A stretch of DNA of 64,000 bases, from the IMG/VR virus record IMGVR_UViG_3300028601_000026, positions 25,984-89,983 of that record, one strand, 5' to 3'. Source of the stretch: a virus (Duplodnaviria > Caudoviricetes). The notes under the pieces are model-generated. The model was given only the letters and a program-made list of their open reading frames with translations, was not told the DNA's origin and searched no databases. Positions 55,402-64,000 of the stretch are shown here, one piece after another (position 1 is the stretch's first letter; every line of letters begins with the position of its first letter). The translations under genes and the position numbers were made by a program.

Positions 55402-56163
55402 TTACAGAGCCGCGATGCGCTCTTCGAGATCAAGAGTCAAGGCCCCAAGGATCTCTCGGCCAGCCTCCGACGAACTAAGAGCCTGCTCTACCAGTTTGGC
55501 ACGGTATTGGCGTTCCAACATAGGGAGCTGTGCCAGCTTCTTTTTCCACTCCAGAACCTGCTCCGACAGCAGGACTCCTCGCTCTACCTGCTCCTTGTAC
55601 GCCTCAGCGTCCAGGATAAGCTCTTTGCCAAGAGCAAAATTGGGAAGATGCAGTTCTTCTACATACTCTGGGGTCACAGTCCTTCCTTGCATGGCTGGCA
55701 AAGGCATGATGCGGACCCGAACCTGCAGGCTCTGTTGGGCTGCCAGCCTCTGGGTTTCCGGATCCATTTTATCAATGTTCCCCAAACAGGTCAGCCAGCT
55801 CTCAGAAGCTGTCCACGGCAGGAAATCCGGAGTATCCATGGAGGCAACCTTATCTTTACCCTCCACTGCCGGAAGGCCCATAAGGGCCTGCAGGGCCTTC
55901 TGTAGAGCTTGCAACTCTTCCGAGGCCCCAAACACCTGCTCCTTCACAAGAACCGTTACCTTTTTCTTGATTTCCCGAACAAGCCGCTCTTTTTCCTGCT
56001 TCGTCTCTTTAAAACCTTTCTCCACCTCGGACAGGGTCTCCTTGATTTTGCCTTCTGCGCGGGACACAGCCACCACCAGAATGTCATTAACATTCAAATG
56101 AGCTTCCGCAGTAACCAAGGCATTATTGTTCACATTGTGGGTGGGGATAAGATCGTTACTCAT
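55402..56163 (-). CDS. Hypothetical coiled-coil protein
   Basis: 253 aa, RBS aaggag. Confidence 0.75.
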   Translation of the reverse strand: MSNDLIPTHNVNNNALVTAEAHLNVNDILVVAVSRAEGKIKETLSEVEKGFKETKQEKERLVREIKKKVTVLVKEQVFGASEELQALQKALQALMGLPAVEGKDKVASMDTPDFLPWTASESWLTCLGNIDKMDPETQRLAAQQSLQVRVRIMPLPAMQGRTVTPEYVEELHLPNFALGKELILDAEAYKEQVERGVLLSEQVLEWKKKLAQLPMLERQYRAKLVEQALSSSEAGREILGALTLDLEERIAAL

Positions 56164-56225
56164 TTCTTGCTCCTTTTGGGTGATTGTTAAACTTGCTTTG
56201 AGTTTTCCTTCGAAATAAGGCTACC

Positions 56226-56738
56226 CTAACTAACCTTTTTCCTTGACTTAGGGCGCTTCGAAGTCGAAGAGGCTCCGGGTTCCTGTTCCTGAGAAGATTT
56301 TTCTACCACAATCTTCTGTCGAGCTTCCTTGGGTTTGGGGCGCAGAACTACGACCGGTTCCAGCACCTTGGACACTTGGTATACCTCACGTATATCCCTC
56401 AACAGCTCCGGGTCAGGATTGTTGGGATCCAGCTCTTCCAGGACCCGCATCGTGCCATCCCTAAATAGTCCGATATACATATGAGCTCTCCTCCTTTGTA
56501 AAGGTTTTGTAAAATCATAAATTCTCTCCACCAGCTCGGAATCGTACAAAACCTGGTAGTCTTCCAAAGTCAGCTGAGCACAGGGAAAAAATTCACACTG
56601 AGTGCATCCGAGAAAAGCGGAAAACTGCTGGTGAGTGTTACACCATAAAATCACATTCTCTGGAAAAGGGCCTTCTTGATAAGGCACTGTAGAAGGCCCG
56701 CGCTCCTTTTTCTTTCGCTGCTTTTTTGGCTTCGCCAT
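56226..56738 (-). CDS. Hypothetical protein with Cys cluster and basic termini
   Basis: Start taken at MAKPKK immediately after the nrdG stop; CNTH...CTQCEFFPC. Confidence 0.7.
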   Translation of the reverse strand: MAKPKKQRKKKERGPSTVPYQEGPFPENVILWCNTHQQFSAFLGCTQCEFFPCAQLTLEDYQVLYDSELVERIYDFTKPLQRRRAHMYIGLFRDGTMRVLEELDPNNPDPELLRDIREVYQVSKVLEPVVVLRPKPKEARQKIVVEKSSQEQEPGASSTSKRPKSRKKVS

Positions 56739-56739
56739 A

Positions 56740-57456
56740 TCAGACCCCCCGCAGCTGAACTTTCGGAACATATTGCCGTGCTGTACTAGCCAATAATTGG
56801 AGTTCCTCGAGGGAGTAAGGCACTTTTTCTCGGTAGGCAGGATCCATGCAAAACCGCGGGACAAATTGCTGAAGTACCCAAGTGTCCCCTGCCTCAGCCA
56901 CCAGAGGTCCTAGGACATGGATATCTTCTAGGCTTACCAAACCAGGAACACAGGTTGTGCGTACTTCCACTGTTGTTACCCTGGTTCGCTTTCTTAGGGA
57001 CGTCAACGTACTTTGAAAAGCTTCCTCAGAAACTGAGGCACCTGCCAACTCTGTTGAATACCTATGCGGAGACGTCTTAGCATCGAGAGCTAGGTAATCA
57101 ATAAGGCCGGCAGAGGACAGCTCGTCTATAATGAAAGGTGCCAGCCCGTTAGTATCCAGCTTGACCAGCTTACCCAACCCACGGAGTCTTTCTGCAAAGG
57201 AGATTAAAGAGGTACCTGCCAGAGTGGGCTCCCCCCCGGAGAGAACTACAGCAGATGTCAGTTTGGAGGCAGCTACCACCTGAGAGAGCGCCTCTTCCAC
57301 AGACAGTCTGGGCAGGGATGCCAACCTATCAGGTAAAACCAAGTCCTCATTATGACAAAAGGGACAACGAAGATTGCAGCCCCCGAAATAGATCACGCTG
57401 GCAACCTGCCCGGGATAATCCACGGTAGATAGTTGCCGGACACTGAAGATGTTCAT
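56740..57456 (-). CDS. nrdG: Anaerobic RNR activating enzyme (radical SAM)
   Basis: STVDYPGQVAS...GGCNLRCPFCHN, LSGGEPT, KLDTNG, VEVRTT; start taken at MNIFS. Confidence 0.92.
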   Translation of the reverse strand: MNIFSVRQLSTVDYPGQVASVIYFGGCNLRCPFCHNEDLVLPDRLASLPRLSVEEALSQVVAASKLTSAVVLSGGEPTLAGTSLISFAERLRGLGKLVKLDTNGLAPFIIDELSSAGLIDYLALDAKTSPHRYSTELAGASVSEEAFQSTLTSLRKRTRVTTVEVRTTCVPGLVSLEDIHVLGPLVAEAGDTWVLQQFVPRFCMDPAYREKVPYSLEELQLLASTARQYVPKVQLRGV

Positions 57457-57534
57457 AGAGCTACTACTTCCTTTCAAAAAGTAACCCCCCTCAGGTAGAG
57501 GGGGGTTCATCATTGCACAGGATTATCCGGTGTA

Positions 57535-57678
57535 TTAAGCCGGAACCTGATACTCGGAACGCTCTTTGAACTCCCGCTGCTTCCCAGCGTTCCATCCCTG
57601 AACCGGACGGAAGAAGCCGGAGACCCGGCTCCAACACTCCACTTTGCCGTCACATTTTTTCTGTTCTTTCTCGGGCAT
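57535..57678 (-). CDS. Stand-alone NrdD glycyl-radical peptide (47 aa, absent from ORF track)
   Basis: Translated by hand: MPEKEQKKCDGKVECWSRVSGFFRPVQGWNAGKQREFKERSEYQVPA; RBS aaaggagg. Confidence 0.9.
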   Translation of the reverse strand: MPEKEQKKCDGKVECWSRVSGFFRPVQGWNAGKQREFKERSEYQVPA

Positions 57679-57755
57679 AAGCCCTCCTTTCTGAGGTTAC
57701 AAAAGTCTGGCACAGTGCCAGTACCCAGACATTTAACAAGCAAGAGAAAATAATT

Positions 57756-57785
57756 TGACACAAAAATAGCTATGTTTTTGTGTCA
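57756..57785. promoter_or_regulatory. 11-bp inverted repeat between the two nrdD parts (terminator or operator)
   Basis: tgacacaaaaa-tagctatg-tttttgtgtca. Confidence 0.55.
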
Positions 57786-57795
57786 GGCTATTTGT

Positions 57796-60700
57796 CTATT
57801 TGTCATTGTCAGGGTGCGGATAAGGACACTCTGTATGCTCTCCCGGCAAATACCCGTGTATCGGGCAGATGCTGAAGGTTGGCGTCAGAGTGAAGTAGGG
57901 TAGACGGTAATTCTCCGCAATCTTTCTCACCAGCTGACGCGCCACCCGCCAGTCCTCAATACGCTCTCCAAGGAAGCCGTGCAGGACGGTTCCTCCGGTA
58001 TAGAGGGTCTGGATATCATCCTGGTGTTCCAAAGCAAAGAAAATGTCCGTGGTGATGTTGACCGGTAAGTGGGTGGAATTGGTATAGTAAGGAGCCTCCT
58101 CCACCCCCGCAGTAATAATTCCAGAAAGCTCCTTACGGTCTTTACTAGCCAACCGATATGTGGTGCCCTCACCGGGAGTCGCTTCCAAATTGTACAGATT
58201 GCCTGAGGCTTCCTGGAAGGTCAGCAACCCTTCCCGAATGTATTCCAGAGTGCGAATAGTCAGAGCTTTGCCTTCAGGGGAGTCGATCCCCTTCCCGAGA
58301 AGATTCAGACAAGCCTCGTGCATGCCAATAATGCCAATGGTAGAAAAGTGATTGGTCCAATAGGAGCCTGTCCGCTGCTTGATCCCAGACAAATAATGCT
58401 TACTGTAAGGGTACAGACCAATCTCCGTGAAGCGCTCCAACTGCTTGCGCTTAATCTCCAGAGATTCGTAGGCGATGACCATAAGTTCCGCAATTTTTTG
58501 GAAAAAAGCTTCTTCCGTGGTAGAGGTGTAAGCTGCTCTGGGCAGATTCAAAGTCACTACCCCAATGGAGCCGGTAAGCGGCGCCGCAGCAAAGAGTCCA
58601 CCTGCACGCTTGCGGAGTTCGGTGTTGTCGAGACGTAGCCTACAGTTGTGAGTAACCAGGCCGTTGGCGAGTTGGAACAGGTGATCGTCGGAGTCCACTA
58701 CGAAGCAATACACCTTGCCGGAGTAGGGCACTTTTTCGATGCCGTTAATACGGCTCAGGATATTCATGCCCCTTGAGACTACCGGTACATAGTCCCCCAC
58801 CTTCAAAGACCCGGCAGGGACAACCACCTGCTCATCAGGGTCCCAACCACCGTCCCCGGCCTTACGCCACATAGGCTGCTCATGGCAAGCATCCATGAGC
58901 ACCTCAAGCTTGCTGGAGATGCTAATCTTCAAAAGCTCAGAGCAATCCTGCTCCACCATCGTGGCCTGATACCACTGCCTGTTGTGCAGGACCTCCAGCT
59001 TTGCACCCTTCTGGTACTCAAGGAAGCATGCTCCGAAGGTGAGGCCTCTTATATCCCCATCTATGCGGACGTTAACCTCTGTGTCCGGATGCAGAGGGCA
59101 CATCGAGCGGGCATCCTCCGGACTCAGATCCGAGTTAATGAAATTGGAAAAGTACGGAATTCCATACTTAGCCGTCATGGCCCACAAAGGCTCCAACTTC
59201 TCGGACTCCCAGTCCATCTCTTTGGTCAGGTTGTAGGTCGGGATGGGGAAGGAGAACAGGCGTCCGGCCTTGTCCCCGGCCATCATGATCTCGCAGAAGG
59301 CCCGGTTGATCAGGTCCATTTCGGCCTGGTAGTCGCCGTAGGTTTCAGCCTGGTACTCCCCGCCGAGGATGACCGCTTCGTCCGCCAGGGTGGAGGGCGG
59401 AGTGACGTCCATAGTGATGTTGGTGAAGGGGGTATTCCCGGTGATGAATATCTTCCCGTTGCGGCGAGCCACCACGGTTTCGTTTTTGGTGTTCGGGCAC
59501 CAGATAATGCCGGAGTAGTCCACTTCTTGGAAATCCCCAACATAGGTATCCTGGTGCATAATCAATCTGATGACGTAGACTCGCTTTTTGTTCAGCGGGT
59601 ATTTTTCCGAATCGAGATCTAATCTCCTCTCCAGCACAGTTGCGCCATACCCAGCGATAGCCGCCGCCTCAAACAAATCGTCCTTTATACGAGCAGACGT
59701 CGTTAAGATTCGACGGTATTTTGCATCTCCGTCAGCCTTCATGTAAGTGTTCAGGTACAGTCGGCAGGCTTCTTTACCTAGAGCGATGACGCTCCTGGGG
59801 ATTCTCTTAATATCTTCAGAGGATGCAGGCTTCGCAGCCCCTTCGTACCCAAAGAATTCCAGAAGTCTCTTTGCCATAAAGGAGTTGATCCTGTAAACAG
59901 TACAGGGATCTCCTAGACCTTCCTGCTGCACTGTGGAGTAAGTCCCAGCAGGAAGAAGTGACTCGATCTCTGCACACATTGCAGGGCTTTTTGTAGGGGA
60001 TTGAACGATGCAGAATCTCCCTGTTCCTTTCCCTCCGTTGGCATCGTAGTATCCATCTGCGGTTATCCAGGCTGAAAGTTGAATCAGAGCAGAGGTCTCT
60101 GCGTCAAAACCCAAAGAAGCCTTACCCCTACTTCCAACAGGGATTTTTACTCTTGACTTGTAGGAGACGACCTTCTCGATCTCCTCCAGCTGGTATTTTC
60201 CCTCTTCTCCAAAAGCACGCCGAACAGCTCGATGCTTTGGGGAAATCAGCTGATCGGTTATCCTGTTCTTTACACGGTGCATCTTCCCTTCATACTGCCG
60301 AGCAAACATCTTCTGGACAGGGAGGTACTCAATCTCCTCGGTTCCAAGGTTGAAGGTGGCGATAATGTCCCCCTCCTTCACCTCCGAGTGCCCCTTCCAG
60401 CCGTTCTGAGTGAGGATTTCGGTGTCCTCGCTCATGCACTGAAAACCGACCCTTGTCGGCACATTCAGGTTGAAGATAAACTCCTGCATGGCCTGTTTCA
60501 CCTCGGAGTAACCAAGCCCGTCCTTGCGAACGAACGGCGCCAGCAGGGTATCAAAATTGGAAAAGGCCTGGGCCCCTGCTGCCTCCCCCTGCAGAGTGTA
60601 GAAGAAGTTGGTGATCTGACCCAAAGCGGTGCGGAAATGCTTGGGAGGACCGGATTCAATCTTGCCATAAGCCCCCCCAAAGCCCTGCCGCAGCAAATCC

Positions 60701-61245
60701 TGCAAATCCCAGCCACAGCAATACACAGACAAAGCACCGAGGTCATGCAGGTGCAGCTGCCCACTGCTATGCGCTGTGGTGATATGCTCCGGATACACCT
60801 TATTCAGCCAATAGCTGCTGGACAGCTTGGCAGCGATGTTGTTGTTGAGACCCTGCAGAGAATAGCCCATGTTGGCATTCTCATTGACCCGCCAATCGTT
60901 AAGGTTCAAGTAATCATCGATTGACTCGATGGCTTCTTCCAGGAAGGTCTTGGAGTCCCGCAGATCCTGCCGCTGTTTGCGGTACAGAATATAAGCTTTA
61001 GCCGTAGCCGGAAGCTGATGACGAATCAAAACAGCCTCCACAATGTCTTGAATGTTCTCCACAGTGGGCACCTTGTGCGGAAACGCCAAGGCCACTGTAT
61101 TGGACACCTCCTCAACAAGGTCCTCTACAGCCTGCAGGGCCACACCCTCCCTAACCGAAGTAGCCGCCTTCTCAATAGCTATGCGGATTTTTTGGGTATC
61201 ATAGGAAACAAGACTCCCATCCCGCTTACGTATAAACTGAGACAT
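57796..61245 (-). CDS. nrdD: Class III anaerobic ribonucleotide reductase with ATP cone and two inteins, lacking the glycyl-radical C-terminus
   Basis: ATP cone KRDG...KI; HLHDL, GAQAFSNFDTLLAP, RVGFQ/TPFTN, RSMC/CRLRLD, TGSIGVVT, YNLEATPGE, LYTGGT; ends CPIHGY...CPYP. Confidence 0.95.
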   Translation of the reverse strand: MSQFIRKRDGSLVSYDTQKIRIAIEKAATSVREGVALQAVEDLVEEVSNTVALAFPHKVPTVENIQDIVEAVLIRHQLPATAKAYILYRKQRQDLRDSKTFLEEAIESIDDYLNLNDWRVNENANMGYSLQGLNNNIAAKLSSSYWLNKVYPEHITTAHSSGQLHLHDLGALSVYCCGWDLQDLLRQGFGGAYGKIESGPPKHFRTALGQITNFFYTLQGEAAGAQAFSNFDTLLAPFVRKDGLGYSEVKQAMQEFIFNLNVPTRVGFQCMSEDTEILTQNGWKGHSEVKEGDIIATFNLGTEEIEYLPVQKMFARQYEGKMHRVKNRITDQLISPKHRAVRRAFGEEGKYQLEEIEKVVSYKSRVKIPVGSRGKASLGFDAETSALIQLSAWITADGYYDANGGKGTGRFCIVQSPTKSPAMCAEIESLLPAGTYSTVQQEGLGDPCTVYRINSFMAKRLLEFFGYEGAAKPASSEDIKRIPRSVIALGKEACRLYLNTYMKADGDAKYRRILTTSARIKDDLFEAAAIAGYGATVLERRLDLDSEKYPLNKKRVYVIRLIMHQDTYVGDFQEVDYSGIIWCPNTKNETVVARRNGKIFITGNTPFTNITMDVTPPSTLADEAVILGGEYQAETYGDYQAEMDLINRAFCEIMMAGDKAGRLFSFPIPTYNLTKEMDWESEKLEPLWAMTAKYGIPYFSNFINSDLSPEDARSMCPLHPDTEVNVRIDGDIRGLTFGACFLEYQKGAKLEVLHNRQWYQATMVEQDCSELLKISISSKLEVLMDACHEQPMWRKAGDGGWDPDEQVVVPAGSLKVGDYVPVVSRGMNILSRINGIEKVPYSGKVYCFVVDSDDHLFQLANGLVTHNCRLRLDNTELRKRAGGLFAAAPLTGSIGVVTLNLPRAAYTSTTEEAFFQKIAELMVIAYESLEIKRKQLERFTEIGLYPYSKHYLSGIKQRTGSYWTNHFSTIGIIGMHEACLNLLGKGIDSPEGKALTIRTLEYIREGLLTFQEASGNLYNLEATPGEGTTYRLASKDRKELSGIITAGVEEAPYYTNSTHLPVNITTDIFFALEHQDDIQTLYTGGTVLHGFLGERIEDWRVARQLVRKIAENYRLPYFTLTPTFSICPIHGYLPGEHTECPYPHPDNDK
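58645..59097 (-). mobile_element. Mini-intein (151 aa, no endonuclease), apparently Pro1, inserted before the active-site Cys
   Basis: RSMC/PLHPDTEV...DACH...VYCFVV...NGLVTHN/CRLRLD. Confidence 0.85.
59434..60438 (-). mobile_element. Intein with LAGLIDADG endonuclease (335 aa) in nrdD
   Basis: CMSEDTEILTQNGW...RRNGKIFITGN/T; AWITADG and YMKADGD. Confidence 0.92.
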
Positions 61246-61333
61246 ATAAAGCCTTTCTTTACTTAACTACTAAGGATTCAGGGCTGATACGAGTACTGTA
61301 GTACTTCCGTTTACATTCTTTGTTGGCTTGGTG

Positions 61334-61798
61334 TCAGCCAGGGAGTCCTGATCGAACCATTTTCAAAAGTTTCAAATCAGGAATATCGCCCCGCTGAAAA
61401 CACTGCCTCTCTATCTCAGCAATTTCGTCCCGAGACAGTTTTCTCACTCCCACCCCCTTGGCAGGGGAAGATGCGTTCTTGCCGGCAAGATGCACGGTCA
61501 CTCGGGTTTGCACTTCAGGGCACGCCAGGCTTCCGGTAGTATCTCCCACCAAGCCATCCCAATCGAAGTAGCACTGTTTGGTACGACAGACGGCACATAG
61601 CTTCCGAATACCGCGGCTTTTCAGCTCCCCATTCGCCAAAACATCTTCGGGGCTCACTAAGATGGGCAAAGGCTGACCACAGTGCATACAGGCTATGATC
61701 ACTTTTACCAGCCCCTTATTGTAAAGTAGGCAGTTTTCCTCACGGGCAGCCCTATCCTCGTCCCCCGCCTCTGTAAAATCGTCTCTGTTAACTTTCAA
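61334..61798 (-). CDS. Hypothetical Zn-binding protein
   Basis: CMHC...CAVC motifs. Confidence 0.7.
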   Translation of the reverse strand: MKVNRDDFTEAGDEDRAAREENCLLYNKGLVKVIIACMHCGQPLPILVSPEDVLANGELKSRGIRKLCAVCRTKQCYFDWDGLVGDTTGSLACPEVQTRVTVHLAGKNASSPAKGVGVRKLSRDEIAEIERQCFQRGDIPDLKLLKMVRSGLPG

Positions 61799-61807
61799 GG
61801 CAGCCCC

Positions 61808-62257
61808 CTAATGCTTTGCCAGAGGGGAAGAAGCCTCTTCCAACAAAATCTCTGTAGCCAGCCCCAAAAAGTAGCGATCCGGCATACGCTTTCCGTCTGC
61901 GAACATCCGCAAAGAACCATAAGCCACAGCAGCTCCACGGTCTCCATCGAGTGCGCGTTGGTAAAACAGGTCCCGGTACATAATCAAATCTCCAATCCGC
62001 ATGGATTGCAGAAAATGTCTAGCCTTGAGAACCGCGGGGTGCGCCTCGTGCATCCCCAGACTGCTCATCTCCCGGACAAAAGCATGCTCAGAACGCCTCT
62101 GGATAGCTTGTTCCTGAACTACATCGCTCCCGTACTTCTCGATGCCTTCATCCGAATTCACTTCTTCAAAGGGCACTTCCTTGAGCAAAAGGGGTTCCTT
62201 CGAGGCAGGGGGAACTTGCTCTTCCTTTTCTTTCTTTTTGAACAGATTCATTCTCAT
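61808..62257 (-). CDS. Hypothetical protein
   Basis: 149 aa, RBS aaaggga. Confidence 0.7.
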   Translation of the reverse strand: MRMNLFKKKEKEEQVPPASKEPLLLKEVPFEEVNSDEGIEKYGSDVVQEQAIQRRSEHAFVREMSSLGMHEAHPAVLKARHFLQSMRIGDLIMYRDLFYQRALDGDRGAAVAYGSLRMFADGKRMPDRYFLGLATEILLEEASSPLAKH

Positions 62258-62993
62258 TCCCTTTCGTATTTAAATATTGTTGAGTATTTTCTTCAGATTT
62301 AACTGAAGAAACCTGGGGCATTCCCTGGTAAAGCCCGCAGGATCGAGAGCCTTCCGGGCACGTACCGAACTCCCTGCAAAAAGCTCCTGCATAGGTGAAA
62401 AGTGCCGGAGCCTCTGCCTGGCAAATCTGAAGCATAGCGTTCGCTAAGCTGCGGATCTCCCACTGTGCCCGTGTACAGCAGCGCAGATTGAAAAAGTGCC
62501 GCAATTCCCGAGCATTCATGGTCATGACCAATTTGGTCTGTGCCGCATTGGGCAGTAGATATCGGGCATCTTCTTGGGGTACACCCAGACTACACAGAAC
62601 GTCGTACCCCTGCTGTATGGCGTCCATGCACTCCAAGAAGACCTGAAGCGCCTCTTTTTTACCGGCGACCGAAGGAGGTACTCTGAATTCCTTATTACCA
62701 AAACAGGTATACCGCTGGCTGCACTGCCCAAAGGAAGCATGACGATGCCTCACCAGCTGGTGGCTGAGGGCTCGGCTCACCCCCTCGATGCCAAAGGTGA
62801 AGCTGGCGTGCTCCAAAATGCTCATATGCCGACTGGCCAAAACTCTTTGAATCAGAGCATCTCGAGACGCTGTATCCGAGGCTTGCAATGAAGCAATGGG
62901 CAGGCTGCTCGTGCAATTCAGGGCGGCTTTATATACCGCCAATTCTGGATTTTCAGTCTTAGTGATTAAACTGACCGTAGGTCCCTTCACCAT
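62166..62993 (-). CDS. thyX: FAD-dependent thymidylate synthase
   Basis: HMSILEH, SHQLVRHRHASFGQCSQRY, EDARYLLP, MNAREL, AQWEIR; start taken at MVKGP; tail overlaps the next gene by 92 nt. Confidence 0.95.
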   Translation of the reverse strand: MVKGPTVSLITKTENPELAVYKAALNCTSSLPIASLQASDTASRDALIQRVLASRHMSILEHASFTFGIEGVSRALSHQLVRHRHASFGQCSQRYTCFGNKEFRVPPSVAGKKEALQVFLECMDAIQQGYDVLCSLGVPQEDARYLLPNAAQTKLVMTMNARELRHFFNLRCCTRAQWEIRSLANAMLQICQAEAPALFTYAGAFCREFGTCPEGSRSCGLYQGMPQVSSVKSEENTQQYLNTKGNENESVQKERKGRASSPCLEGTPFAQGSAL

Positions 62994-63075
62994 TAAAATT
63001 CCTTTCTTGCAGGGGTTTTGTTTCTGAGGCCTTAAACTATGGGAAGCGCATCCCAAGTTTTGAAGTAAACAGGTG

Positions 63076-63112
63076 AAAAAAATCCCCCCTGAGAAATTTT
63101 CTCAGGGGGGAT
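63076..63112 (-). terminator. Intrinsic terminator
   Basis: atcccccctgag-N7-ctcaggggggat with U tract on the minus strand. Confidence 0.85.
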
Positions 63113-63157
63113 CGAAGCTTTTTCGGTCGGTCTTTGTCTAAGCTCGACTCACTGTCA

Positions 63158-63640
63158 TTAGTCTGAGTTAAGATCGGCAGCGTCCCGAAGCTTTTCCAAG
63201 ATCTTTACCTGATCAGGCCAGGGCAGGATCTCTCGCCTGCTCAGTTCCTTAGCGATGAAGGCATCAACGCTTTCCAACCCCCCTTCCCGAGCTTTGAGCA
63301 GGCTCTGGAGAGAGATATGAGTTTCTTCATTGCCACAAAATTCCTTGGTTACGCCTTGACCATCTTCGAGGATTCGAAAATATTCAGTGCCTGACTCGTA
63401 GTCGCCTCCCTGCTCCCAAAATTTATCATAAGGAATCTTAGCTTCCTGCAGAGTGGTTTCAATGCCGATGTTGGCATAGTTGCATTCATCGAATACAACC
63501 TCGATCATCTTAAGAGTCTGTCCTTCAGACGGGTAGTCATAGGGAGTTTCATAATTTCCCTGGAGGTCAATGCCCTTCTCGAAGGTTCTGTCGTATTCCG
63601 ACTTAGGCAGGTGCAGAGTTACAGCTACACGATCTCCCAT
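63158..63640 (-). CDS. Hypothetical acidic protein
   Basis: 160 aa, RBS aaggag. Confidence 0.75.
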   Translation of the reverse strand: MGDRVAVTLHLPKSEYDRTFEKGIDLQGNYETPYDYPSEGQTLKMIEVVFDECNYANIGIETTLQEAKIPYDKFWEQGGDYESGTEYFRILEDGQGVTKEFCGNEETHISLQSLLKAREGGLESVDAFIAKELSRREILPWPDQVKILEKLRDAADLNSD

Positions 63641-63641
63641 G

Positions 63642-63839
63642 TTATTCTCCTTTCTGCGTATACAATTTAAGTGAGTTTTTCCTTAAAAAAGCAACGTCCT
63701 GCTTTCGGCGCAAGGTGGAAATGAAGGCGTTGACTTCTTCTTTTGAAACTCGGTCTTCATCGTAAAACACGCCAACACGCATTCCGTCTCTGCACAGATC
63801 GTAGCTGTAAAAGAGATATTCGTTAGGGTTGCTAGTCAT
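63642..63839 (-). CDS. Small hypothetical protein (65 aa)
   Basis: Start MTSNPN overlaps the upstream stop (tatgactag). Confidence 0.65.
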   Translation of the reverse strand: MTSNPNEYLFYSYDLCRDGMRVGVFYDEDRVSKEEVNAFISTLRRKQDVAFLRKNSLKLYTQKGE

Positions 63840-64000
63840 AGCCATCGCCGTAGCCAGAGCCATCGCCAGAGCCATCGCCATAGCCATCGCCATCGCCAGA
63901 GCCATCGCCAGAGCCATCGCCAGAGCCATAGCCGTAGCCAGAGCCATAGCCGTAGCCAGAGCCGTAGCCAGAGCCAGAGCCGTAGCCAGAGCCAGAGCCG
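63832..64000 (-). CDS. 3' end of a phage protein with Gly-rich G(S/Y/D) repeat tail; truncated by the window edge
   Basis: Reads ...GSGSGYGSG...GDGSGDGSGYGDGYD* in a frame different from the track's Ala/Met/Leu ORF. Confidence 0.75.
   Translation of the reverse strand, partial: GSGSGYGSGSGYGSGYGYGSGYGYGSGDGSGDGSGDGDGYGDGSGDGSGYGDGYD

Noticed and set aside
429-62916. Numerous antisense and out-of-frame ORFs in the track (e.g. 429..1259, 7350..8051, 41688..42368, 47970..48788, 55364..56101)
   Set aside because: They fully overlap well-supported genes and carry no motifs.
63642-63947. Track ORF MALATAMAL...
   Set aside because: The Ala/Met/Leu part is a shifted reading of a Gly-Ser/Tyr/Asp repeat gene; the real downstream start is 63839.
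1-64000. Stop-codon reassignment, tRNA or rRNA genes
   Set aside because: Conserved genes are intact under the standard code with TAA, TAG and TGA all used as stops; no tRNA T-loop/acceptor or rRNA signatures were noticed.

Overview
A 64-kb segment of a large dsDNA tailed phage with a contractile (myovirus-type) baseplate, probably infecting an anaerobe (class III RNR, ThyX). No host housekeeping operons, tRNA/rRNA or CRISPR array were seen. Plus-strand blocks carry late/structural genes: baseplate and tail fibres with an embedded sigma factor (1-18.3 kb), a terminase block (22.2-25.5 kb), and portal + fused beta/beta' RNA polymerase + SF2 helicase (41.5-51 kb). Minus-strand blocks carry RuvC and a retron-like reverse transcriptase with a coupled partner gene (18.4-22 kb), a replication module (Sm-like protein, UDG-PolA, primase-helicase, two Cas4-like nucleases, HU, SSB-like protein, second sigma factor, SLT, SNF2; 26-41 kb) and nucleotide metabolism/accessory genes (split NrdD with two inteins, NrdG, ThyX; 51-64 kb). 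The strongest candidates for new biology are: a ~630-nt densely structured non-coding region directly after an Sm/Hfq-like gene; the retron-like RT with a YCDN motif, a partner ORF and no adjacent msr-msd; a beta-beta'(N) RNAP fusion lacking bridge helix and trigger loop; a mini-intein that appears to start with Pro at the NrdD active-site Cys; a 28-bp exact repeat at two operon ends 32.6 kb apart; and two phage-specific promoter-like motifs. All family assignments come from motif recognition by eye; no database search or folding program was run.
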